Origin: an uncultured archaeon
Lineage (GTDB): Archaea > Thermoplasmatota > Penumbrarchaeia > JASLWR01
NCBI GenBank assembly: GCA_964342815.1
Contig: CAYFHS010000006.1
Location: 32,001 to 96,000, forward strand
Direction: 5' to 3'
DNA length: 64,000 nt
The translations under genes and the position numbers were made by a program. This document shows, one piece after another, positions 1 to 8,295 of the stretch. Numbering within the stretch: position 1 is the stretch's first letter; each line of letters begins with the position of its first letter. The notes under the pieces are model-generated. The model was not told where the DNA came from, did not search any database, and worked only from the letters and a program-made list of their open reading frames with translations.

Positions 1-366
1 ATGAACCTGGCTGGAAAGGTGGGTCCTGATGTCGATCTGCGGGCGAAGCAGCTCCTGTCGTTGGTTGGTCTGGGAGATCGGATGGGCCATTTTCCGGATA
101 CGCTTTCGGGAGGTCAGCAGCAGAGAGTGGCTGCTGCCCGAGCCCTGGTTAACGACCCACCGTTAATCCTGGCCGATGAGCCAACGGGAAACCTTGATTC
201 CGCATCGGGTAATGATATCATCGAGTTATTTAAAAGGCTGGCGAGGGAGAAAAAAGGTATTTTAATGGTAACCCATGACATTGAACTGGCCCGGGCGTCC
301 GACAGGGTCTATATAATCAGGAACGGTAGTCTGGAGGAATCACTTACCCAGGAGGTGGGAGTGTGA
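1..366 (+). CDS. ABC transporter ATP-binding protein, LolD/MacB-type (probably 5'-truncated by window edge)
   Basis: Signature LSGGQQQRVAAARAL, Walker B/D-loop ILADEPTGNLD and H-loop VTHD are present; Walker A is absent, so the N-terminus lies upstream of the window. Confidence 0.9.
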   Translation: MNLAGKVGPDVDLRAKQLLSLVGLGDRMGHFPDTLSGGQQQRVAAARALVNDPPLILADEPTGNLDSASGNDIIELFKRLAREKKGILMVTHDIELARASDRVYIIRNGSLEESLTQEVGV

Positions 367-3251
367 AGTTTTCCTTGGCAAATTTTCTCCTCTCCGTTAA
401 CGAGTCCCTAAACGGAATCATGAGGAACCGACGTCGTTCTATGGCCATGATCAGTGGGATAATACTCGGAACACTTATTATTTCAAGCATTCTTATCTAT
501 ACGGGAATTCTCCAGGAAGATAATTACCGCTCAATAATTCAGACCACATCCTACGAGGTTTCCTTCACCCTGTCCGATCCGGGTCGGGAAAGCCGGCTCT
601 GGAACGTAGCAAAGAGCCTGGAGTCGGAGGAACGAATAGAATCCCTGACCGTATTCGGAGGTATTCCGCTTAGCTCTATGTTCGGTGGCGGAGAAGGAAT
701 GGGCCGCTCGTCCCTGAGGATTTCCATACCGGGCGATGTTAAACTGCTGGACATCGATGATTTTGCCAGGGGGGCGCAGATAACTCCATTATTTGTAAGG
801 GATAATTTCACTTCCACCTCCATATACGACAAGATGATCGGTTCGAATATCGAGGGCACCTTTGATCTGGATGACGGTGTGAACCGCACAGTTATCCCAC
901 GGACTACGGCGAATCGTTTGAATCTCGAAGTTGGCGACGTTATTTCCCAGATGAACATAACATTGGTGGAATTGAGAAGAAATGAAGTGACCACCACCGA
1001 GTTCAGCCTTAAAGATATATACGTGAGCGGGATATATGATACGGAACAGGAAGGTTTAGGGGGAATGCTGTCAAACTTTCTGAGGGTCGAGACAATATAT
1101 TTCAACACTGAATTGCTCTATAAATACAACAGCGATCTCGTTCCTATGTTCGAAAAAAAAGGATATTTCTACCTGGCTGCAAAGATAGAACAGGATGAGT
1201 TCACTCTCGAAGATACGGATACGCTGAATCTGGAGATCAATCGTTTGATAAATGATATCACCGATGAATCCGGAGAGGTGGTGACAGGTACGAACAATGT
1301 GGGGAGTTTGCTTACGCCCTTTACCATACTGAATTATTTTTTAATAGTTTTCGATTTTTTGCTGGTTCTCCCCACGGTGGTTCTATCGATCTACCTGCTG
1401 ATATTCGGCCTGGATCTGTCCCTTGAAGAAAGAAGACGTGAGATCGCCATCTTAAAGGTACAGGGGGCCGATAGCAAGCAGATATTCAGAATATTGAGGA
1501 ATGAATCCTTAGTGCTATTCCTGATCGGAGTGATTCTGGGTTATGTACTGGCAATGGTTGGTGCATGGGTGATCAGTTCGTCAGTCGGATTCATGAATTT
1601 CAATCTTGATCCGGCCTCTCTTGCAAATTTCATTGAGTTCGATTTCTGGGCCTTCCTGTTCGGCTTTCTAATTATAGGCTCGGTGGTTTTATTGGCGATC
1701 CGGAAAAAGGGAAAGACCTTCATCGAGCTGGAGGTAACCCAGGCTGTACAGCGAATGGAATGGAAAAAAGCAGGATTCGTAAAGAGGAACAATCTGGATA
1801 TTATTATGCTGACATTCGGTGGTCTCTGCGCGCTGATCACGATTCTGGAGCTGGTTTTCGGGATCACTAGCATATTCGGAATTGAGTTGAGCCTCGGGAC
1901 GGCCTTCGATGTGTTCGTTATAGGTTTTCTTGGTACTATTTTCTTCTGGCTGGGTGGAATGCTCAGCGGGCCCAGGATCGCCAAATGGATATCTATAAAA
2001 CTGGAGGTTGTCTTCCTGAGATTGAGCTATCTCAAGGATGTGGGCAATATTGTAAAGAGCGGTCTAAAAAGGCGGGGTGATGTGGCCCGGTTGGTCGTGA
2101 TAATCGTTTTGACGCTCTCCGTGGCAACACTGGCGGTGGCGCAGGGTTTCACTGACGAGCAGTACAGCATTAGAACATTGGAGTATGAGATCGGCAGTGA
2201 TTATCAACTTGAGTTTTCGATCGAGGAGAATCATACGGCCCTGATAAAGGATATTGAAGGAGTTTCCAGGATAATGGCCTTACCAAGCCTCACAGCGAAA
2301 ATATTGAGCACGGCAACTTCTGTCTATGGTATGGACCCAGCGAACGCCACTTTTGCCGTATGGCACGAAAACAGTTTCGAAGATCTTAGCTACGATGAAG
2401 CTCTTTCCACCCTGGATGCGGACGATGGCATACCCCGGGTGTTTCTTGGTACAGAACTGGCCCTTCATGTGGATGCTAGAGTGGGAGATATAATAAAGTT
2501 AAAGGCCGTAATCGAGAACGATGAAGAGGAGTTGGAGGTCACGGTACCCCTCGAGGTGAAGGTTGCGGTACTATTCGACCATGCTCCCGGTCACATCGGT
2601 TCCAACTCTGTTATATGCACGTACGGTACGATCCACAAACTGAAAGGATTGATGGGAAATTACACTCCTGTGATTAGTGATGAATTGGAGGCAACAAAAT
2701 ATCTTGTAGGTCTCAGCAACGATGCCCGTAGGAAGAATGTAGAGAAGGGTTTCGATCAACTGGAGGGAATTCTCAGCGTACGTGACCTTGAGGATGAGAA
2801 GGGCAATATCGGAAACCAGATGAACTTCGGCATACCGGGTCTTCTTACCATGATGTTCATTACCGCGCTTGCAGCTTCCATCACCAGCGCATTTGCCTTT
2901 TCATCCATCATTATGAAGCGTAGAAAACGGGAATTTGCCGTTCTCCAGACCCTGGGGGCTTCCAGAGGACAGGTTTATAAGACAGCCATTGGAGAGAACG
3001 CCTTATTGATGCTTATATCTGTGGTACTGGGGATTCTCCTGGGGATCGGAGTAAGTTATCAGATGAATGGTTTTTTCGAATTCATCGGTGAAATACTGGG
3101 CCGCGGGGAACTTGACCGTATTGTGTTTATACCCTGGGGGACCGTGTTGATAATCGGTCTGGTGACCCTTGCCGGTATGCTGGTTGCCGTGGCCCTGAGC
3201 GCGAGAAGCGCCGCTCGGCAGGACCTTGCCGTTGCCACGAGGGTGATATAA
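363..3251 (+). CDS. ABC transporter permease with two FtsX-type domains (MacB-like)
   Basis: 962 aa; two FtsX motifs (ERRREIAILKVQGA, RRKREFAVLQTLGASRGQV), each after a large extracytoplasmic loop; GTG start overlaps upstream stop, with GGAGGT RBS. Confidence 0.9.
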   Translation: MKFSLANFLLSVNESLNGIMRNRRRSMAMISGIILGTLIISSILIYTGILQEDNYRSIIQTTSYEVSFTLSDPGRESRLWNVAKSLESEERIESLTVFGGIPLSSMFGGGEGMGRSSLRISIPGDVKLLDIDDFARGAQITPLFVRDNFTSTSIYDKMIGSNIEGTFDLDDGVNRTVIPRTTANRLNLEVGDVISQMNITLVELRRNEVTTTEFSLKDIYVSGIYDTEQEGLGGMLSNFLRVETIYFNTELLYKYNSDLVPMFEKKGYFYLAAKIEQDEFTLEDTDTLNLEINRLINDITDESGEVVTGTNNVGSLLTPFTILNYFLIVFDFLLVLPTVVLSIYLLIFGLDLSLEERRREIAILKVQGADSKQIFRILRNESLVLFLIGVILGYVLAMVGAWVISSSVGFMNFNLDPASLANFIEFDFWAFLFGFLIIGSVVLLAIRKKGKTFIELEVTQAVQRMEWKKAGFVKRNNLDIIMLTFGGLCALITILELVFGITSIFGIELSLGTAFDVFVIGFLGTIFFWLGGMLSGPRIAKWISIKLEVVFLRLSYLKDVGNIVKSGLKRRGDVARLVVIIVLTLSVATLAVAQGFTDEQYSIRTLEYEIGSDYQLEFSIEENHTALIKDIEGVSRIMALPSLTAKILSTATSVYGMDPANATFAVWHENSFEDLSYDEALSTLDADDGIPRVFLGTELALHVDARVGDIIKLKAVIENDEEELEVTVPLEVKVAVLFDHAPGHIGSNSVICTYGTIHKLKGLMGNYTPVISDELEATKYLVGLSNDARRKNVEKGFDQLEGILSVRDLEDEKGNIGNQMNFGIPGLLTMMFITALAASITSAFAFSSIIMKRRKREFAVLQTLGASRGQVYKTAIGENALLMLISVVLGILLGIGVSYQMNGFFEFIGEILGRGELDRIVFIPWGTVLIIGLVTLAGMLVAVALSARSAARQDLAVATRVI

Positions 3252-4306
3252 TGAAAGGTGACAAGGGCAAGAGGGAAAAGGTGGGAGCTGATCAAGGAAC
3301 CCGTGACAAAACCAAGAAGGACGATATAAAAGTGGAATATCTGGTACGGGCCAAGAACGTTTACAGTCTCTACAAGGGAAAGGAGGGCAGCCCGAACGTG
3401 GTGGCCTTGAGAGGCCTGAACTTCAAGATCAAACCGGGTGAGCTAGTTTCTGTGGTTGGGCCTTCGGGATCTGGTAAATCAACGCTTCTGAGAATTCTGG
3501 GAGGATTACAGGCCCCCTCGGCCGGACACGTGTATTATCACGGGGAAGATATTACGAAACTTTCAGAAATTCAGCTCGTACCTTTCAGGCGCGCCCTAGT
3601 TGGATATGTTTTCCAAGAAGGCAATCTCATACCGACCAAGACTGCACTCCAGAATGTTATACAGACCCTGAGATTCGCTGGCAAATCCATCAGGGAATCG
3701 AGGACCAGAGCCGTGGAGCTGATGGAATTGCTCGGGATAAAAGATAGGATGAACGCGTTGCCCGGTTACCTCAGCGGGGGCGAAAGACAGAGAGTGGCCA
3801 TAGCGAGAGCGCTGGCCAATAACCCGGAGATCATTCTTGCGGATGAACCCACTGGCAACCTGGACTATGCAAATGCCGAGAACGTAATGAAGTTGATCCA
3901 GGATCTGAGGGGGGAATTGAACATGGCTTGCCTGGTAGTTACCCACTCCAAACACGTTTCTTCCTTTACGGATCGATCCGTGGAACTTCGTGACGGGAGA
4001 TTCATCGGGCAGCACGGGGCGGACCTGGACCTAGCGGAGCTGTCCAGTTCCCGGCAGGTATTCATATCACCTGACGGGACGCTGACCTTGCCGCCGGAGG
4101 TAATTCCGGTCATCGACGCCTTCGGAGATCTATGGGATATCAATATGGAAACGGACCCACACGGAAATCCAAAGCTCATCGGGACTCCCGCCAACGGAAT
4201 TCGAAGAGAGGGACCAACCGATCTGATGAGTTGGTGTCCCGTATGTAATGCGGTTATTGACGGGAAAAAGTTCTTCTGTGACTCATGCGGTGCCAAATTG
4301 GATTGA
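3251..4306 (+). CDS. ABC transporter ATP-binding protein with C-terminal AbrB-like segment and zinc ribbon
   Basis: GPSGSGKST, LSGGERQRVAIARAL, ILADEPTGNLD, VTH; C-terminal extension with VFISPDGTLTLPPEV and CPVC-x10-CDSC. Confidence 0.9.
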   Translation: MKGDKGKREKVGADQGTRDKTKKDDIKVEYLVRAKNVYSLYKGKEGSPNVVALRGLNFKIKPGELVSVVGPSGSGKSTLLRILGGLQAPSAGHVYYHGEDITKLSEIQLVPFRRALVGYVFQEGNLIPTKTALQNVIQTLRFAGKSIRESRTRAVELMELLGIKDRMNALPGYLSGGERQRVAIARALANNPEIILADEPTGNLDYANAENVMKLIQDLRGELNMACLVVTHSKHVSSFTDRSVELRDGRFIGQHGADLDLAELSSSRQVFISPDGTLTLPPEVIPVIDAFGDLWDINMETDPHGNPKLIGTPANGIRREGPTDLMSWCPVCNAVIDGKKFFCDSCGAKLD

Positions 4307-4424
4307 TAATTGTTGCGAATTTGGGTATGATTTGGGTGTAAATGGGTATCGATTTCGGTAAATTGGTATTAATTCCCTGACCATATCTATCCTGTCTACT
4401 TGTAAGTAAAGGTGACCCATCCTG

Positions 4425-4545
4425 GCTCCTGTAGGTACACAAGTACCGAAGGAGCAGGAGCATACTAATGCTCTGGAGCCCGTAGATTTCATCTTGAAAT
4501 TGAGGGATCAGGGCAATCTCTGATTGTCCAGAGTGAAACGGGCTC
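4425..4545 (+). repeat. Intergenic palindromic element (REP-like or structured RNA) with two GTA-[hairpin]-GA motifs
   Basis: gctcct-GTA-ggtac-acaa-gtacc-GA-aggagc (4425-4455); ccc-GTA-gatttca-tct-tgaaatt-GA-ggg (4479-4506); gagcat/atgctc hairpin; gagcccgt/acgggctc inverted repeat (4476-4483/4538-4545). Confidence 0.65.
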
Positions 4546-4551
4546 ACCAAA

Positions 4552-4580
4552 CTTGTCAAGTTGTGACTTTACTTGACAAG
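4552..4580. promoter_or_regulatory. Operator-like palindrome TTGTCAA-N13-TTGACAA
   Basis: Perfect 10-bp arms cttgtcaagt/acttgacaag, 75 bp upstream of the 4655 start; same 7-13-7 geometry recurs at 61411-61437. Confidence 0.45.
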
Positions 4581-4654
4581 ACGGAGGCTACTGGCCCGGC
4601 TTGAAAGTTTGACATGCCAACAGGTGTGTCTTTACAAGACAGGAGGTATAGAAA

Positions 4655-5374
4655 ATGAATCGAAAAACGATATTAATCGGACTGGGTGTATTGACCCTTT
4701 TGCTGACCGTTGGAATTGCTGCGGCTGGTTTCGACGAGGAAATCGAAGATTTGATGCCTGGAAAAAGGGGCGGAAGAGGTGGTTATTGTGATATGGAAGG
4801 CGGGGAATCCGGACGAACGTACGGAATGAATGGCCCTCGCATGACGGGTGATCTGGACAACGACAGCATAGCCAACTGCGAGGACCCCGACGACGATGGT
4901 GACGGGATAAACGACACCGATGACGAATATCCCCACGACCACGACAATGATGGTATACCAGACCCGAAGGACGACGACGATGACAATGACGGCATACCCG
5001 ATTCGGAGGACGATTCCTATGTCGGGAACTGTCCCGAAGGCGAACGTCCGGGACCCAGAAGACCGCATAAGAGGATGATGGAGCGCCGCAAGGCCTTCAT
5101 GAACGGCGATCTGGATAATGACAGTATTGCCAACTGCGAGGACCCCGACGACGACGGTGACGGGATAAACGACACATCTGACGAGTATCCCCACGACCAC
5201 GATAATGACGGGATTCCCGATTTCAGGGACGACGATGATGACAACGACGGTATTCCCGATGGTGAGGACGACGATTATGTGGGGAACACCCCTGAGATGA
5301 AAGGCCGTAAAGAGATGAGAAAGAACCATCGTAGTGGAGAGGGGAGAGGAGGACGTAAGGGAAGAAGATGTTAA
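4655..5374 (+). CDS. Secreted or membrane-anchored protein with duplicated thrombospondin type 3-like Ca-binding repeats
   Basis: Signal-like N-terminus (MNRKTILIGLGVLTLLLTVGIAAAG); two near-identical blocks of DxDxDG motifs at 258-bp spacing (4841, 5099); GGAGGT RBS. Confidence 0.8.
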   Translation: MNRKTILIGLGVLTLLLTVGIAAAGFDEEIEDLMPGKRGGRGGYCDMEGGESGRTYGMNGPRMTGDLDNDSIANCEDPDDDGDGINDTDDEYPHDHDNDGIPDPKDDDDDNDGIPDSEDDSYVGNCPEGERPGPRRPHKRMMERRKAFMNGDLDNDSIANCEDPDDDGDGINDTSDEYPHDHDNDGIPDFRDDDDDNDGIPDGEDDDYVGNTPEMKGRKEMRKNHRSGEGRGGRKGRRC

Positions 5375-5383
5375 TGACCTGTT

Positions 5384-5419
5384 ATCGGGAAACGGGAATT
5401 TCCGTTTTCCGATTTTTTT
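5384..5419 (+). terminator. Hairpin plus oligo-T terminator
   Basis: atcgggaaacgg-gaattt-ccgttttccgat (12-bp stem, one G-U) followed by a T run, 10 bp after the 5374 stop. Confidence 0.7.
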
Positions 5420-5554
5420 CTAATCCAATATTTATTGTACAATAAACACGATAAGGACTGAGATATTTCAATTTGATCGAAGATTAGGTAACGATTCAAC
5501 GTTTTTTCCCGTCCTGGAGGGCATCCCGAAAGAGAGCCGCGGAGGCGATTAGAA

Positions 5555-6457
5555 ATGAGTAAGAAAACGAATAGCATACTGGTAGCAAGGCAACTCGACA
5601 AGATATTCGAGAAACAGGGGAATCAGGTCAAGGCCCTCAAGGGTGTGAACCTATCAATTAAAAAGGGAGAGTACATTACCCTTCAGGGTCCGTCTGGTTC
5701 GGGGAAGACGACTCTTCTGAATATTCTGGGCTGCCTTGACCGGCCCACTTCCGGGAAGGTCGTAATAGACGGTACGGACGTATCCGAGATGAGCGAAAAA
5801 GAACTGGCGAGTGTAAGGGGGAAGAAGATAGGTTTCGTGTTCCAGGCATTCAATCTCATACCAATCCTCAATGCACTCGAGAACGTGGAGCTTCCCATGG
5901 AACACAATTTGAATCTTACGAAATCCGAAAAACGTGCGAAGGCAAGGGAATTGTTGAAACTCGTGGGCCTTGCCACCAGGGAAAAACACAATCCTGAGGA
6001 GCTGAGCGCCGGAGAGCAGCAGAGAGTTGCCATTGCCCGTGCTCTCTCTAACGACCCGGCCATCATTCTCGCCGACGAGCCCACCGGTAACCTGGATTCC
6101 AAGAAGGGAAAACATATAATGAAATTATTGGGAGAGTTGAACAGAAAACTGGGGACCACCATTGTACTGGTGACTCATGACGATTCAATGGCAAGGTTAA
6201 GCAAAAAGATAGTGAAATTGAAGGATGGCAAGATCCGCAACGTAAGAGACCTTAAAGGCGAAAGAAATTCATTGGACATCTCTGACGAGCTGGAACTGTC
6301 CAAGCACATCGTGGACAAGCTCATTAATGGAGGATACGATACTCTTGCCAAAATATTGAAGCTGAAGGACCGTGATATGAAGACCATTTCAAAGATCACG
6401 AATAAGGATGTGAAGAGGATAAGGAGCAAGATCCGGGCGTACAAGCACGGGATATAG
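5555..6457 (+). CDS. ABC transporter ATP-binding protein (LolD/MacB-type) with C-terminal HhH / RNAP alpha-CTD-like domain
   Basis: GPSGSGKTT, LSAGEQQRVAIARAL, ILADEPTGNLD, VTHD; extra ~60 aa beginning ISDELELS. Confidence 0.9.
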   Translation: MSKKTNSILVARQLDKIFEKQGNQVKALKGVNLSIKKGEYITLQGPSGSGKTTLLNILGCLDRPTSGKVVIDGTDVSEMSEKELASVRGKKIGFVFQAFNLIPILNALENVELPMEHNLNLTKSEKRAKARELLKLVGLATREKHNPEELSAGEQQRVAIARALSNDPAIILADEPTGNLDSKKGKHIMKLLGELNRKLGTTIVLVTHDDSMARLSKKIVKLKDGKIRNVRDLKGERNSLDISDELELSKHIVDKLINGGYDTLAKILKLKDRDMKTISKITNKDVKRIRSKIRAYKHGI

Positions 6458-6477
6458 GGAGACCTGAGGCGTATAAT

Positions 6478-7869
6478 ATGGGATTATTCAGTATGGCCAC
6501 TAGAAATATTTTAAGAAAGATAAACAGAACGTTGCTGGTCTCAATGGCCCTCTGCTTTGCCATCGCTTCGATAATATCCGTCTATTCGGGTATCGAGGCC
6601 TCCAGTGCGGAAACCAAGGAGATGATCGATGAATATCAATCGTACATCGTCGATATGAGTGAACTCAGCGACGTGCAGGAGAGTATGATACAGGTCAGTG
6701 TGGGCTGGGGAGGAGGTATGGGCCACGGAGGTGGCTGGGGGGGCATGGGCGGTGGTTCCTCAGACGCAGTTAAACTAACCCAGGAGGAAATTGATATCGT
6801 GTCCTCAGTGGAATTAGTCGAGGCGGTCATTCCCAAGATCAGCAATTCGGTGGGCGAGGTGGATATGGAGCAGATAAGAGCGCAGATGAGGGCTATGAGG
6901 GAGCAGGGTGGCGGCGGTGCCTGGGGTGCCGGTGGTGGTGGTCATGGAGGCGGAGGTGGTGGTGGATTCGATAGAAATGCGATGATGGCATCATTCTATG
7001 ATTATTACGTGGAGGGAGTTCCCCTCGATTCTTCTCTGAATGAGAAATATTCGATACTTCCATCGAATATCGTTGAGGGAAGGCAACTCAACGAGAACGA
7101 TTCCGGGGTGGTTCTGATCCGGGATGAGTTGAAAAGCTTCTTCTCTGCGGGGCTAGGGAGCACGATCGACATCGAGGGACACGATTTCAGGATAGTGGGC
7201 ATCTACAACAGCTTTGTGAACCGGAACACTGTCTACATGAGTCTTCCGGACGCCCAACTGGTTGCGGGAATGGATGCAAATGAATACTCCTCCCTTGATG
7301 TGTACGTGGAAGACAAATCTCTGATCGATCTTGTGGTTTATGACATGGAGGAACAGTTGACGGATAGTTTCCGTGTAACGTCGTACGCAGAACGCAACGC
7401 CCGTTTCTCAGATCGTGTGCAACAGGCCCAGGAGGCGGAAATAGAAAGCCTCCAGGATGCCAACGACGAGGTTGAGAACTCCGGGAACGCGATCATCATC
7501 ATATCTCTCATTACTGCTGCCCTGATAGTGTTGTTCCTGATGATGTATACGGTGAAAGAGCGAACCAAGGAGATCGGCATATTCAAGGCGCTGGGATTCA
7601 CGGAGAACCGCATCATGAGCCAATTCGTATTGGAAGGAGGCATTGTCGGCTTGATAGGCGGCATATTCGGAATCGCCATCGGCTGGGCCGGCGCTCCCTT
7701 TATCGCGGAATTCTTCTTGCCGCCCACTGATGTTTATTCCACCATCGACCCGAGTATATTTTTAATCGCGGCAGGTCTGGGCTTATCGATCTTTCTGGGT
7801 GTCGTCGGGAGCATATACCCTGCCTGGAAAGCTTCCAGAAAATCTCCTGCGGAGGCGATCCGTGGGTGA
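6478..7869 (+). CDS. ABC transporter permease, MacB/FtsX family, with Gly-rich insertions
   Basis: N-terminal TM, periplasmic core with GRQL motif, C-terminal FtsX domain (VKERTKEIGIFKALGF...YPAWKASRKSPAEAIR). Confidence 0.9.
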   Translation: MGLFSMATRNILRKINRTLLVSMALCFAIASIISVYSGIEASSAETKEMIDEYQSYIVDMSELSDVQESMIQVSVGWGGGMGHGGGWGGMGGGSSDAVKLTQEEIDIVSSVELVEAVIPKISNSVGEVDMEQIRAQMRAMREQGGGGAWGAGGGGHGGGGGGGFDRNAMMASFYDYYVEGVPLDSSLNEKYSILPSNIVEGRQLNENDSGVVLIRDELKSFFSAGLGSTIDIEGHDFRIVGIYNSFVNRNTVYMSLPDAQLVAGMDANEYSSLDVYVEDKSLIDLVVYDMEEQLTDSFRVTSYAERNARFSDRVQQAQEAEIESLQDANDEVENSGNAIIIISLITAALIVLFLMMYTVKERTKEIGIFKALGFTENRIMSQFVLEGGIVGLIGGIFGIAIGWAGAPFIAEFFLPPTDVYSTIDPSIFLIAAGLGLSIFLGVVGSIYPAWKASRKSPAEAIRG

Positions 7870-7931
7870 GGATTCAGTATAAAACTGGGATAATAGAACG
7901 TATCATTCATGAGATCCCGGATCAAGGCGTT

Positions 7932-8222
7932 TTAATTTAAAAGAGCATCGAGCATCAGAATGGCCGCTTTGCACATGACAGCACTGTCCTCGGTGGATAT
8001 TTTCAGCATCATTCTCTTCCGGAACAGTTGATCCGCTTCCACGAGCAAAGTCTCGGACCTATGAATTCCCCGCTGTTTCGCCTTAATAATAAGCGAATAG
8101 AACCTCTTCTCTGCATTCCAGAAACTTTTTTCTATGTTAGCTGTAGAATTGTCGATTTTATCATCACACCGGGTGATTTCTCTTTCAAGATCCTCTGATG
8201 ATACATCAATCAATAGTTCCAT
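7932..8222 (-). CDS. Hypothetical small helical protein
   Basis: 96-aa ORF with ATG and a purine-rich upstream stretch, co-oriented 74 bp downstream of the surface protein gene; no recognisable motif. Confidence 0.5.
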   Translation of the reverse strand: MELLIDVSSEDLEREITRCDDKIDNSTANIEKSFWNAEKRFYSLIIKAKQRGIHRSETLLVEADQLFRKRMMLKISTEDSAVMCKAAILMLDALLN

Positions 8223-8295
8223 AATTCATCATCCCATCTCTTTCGGTAATTTAAAATTCCGTCATAAGTTTGTTACTATCATTCCTTATTTTCCC

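Noticed and set aside
4673-5329. Hydrophobic 218-aa antisense ORF
   Set aside because: Val-rich mirror of the GAC/GAT-rich TSP3 gene; the plus-strand gene has RBS, signal peptide and terminator.
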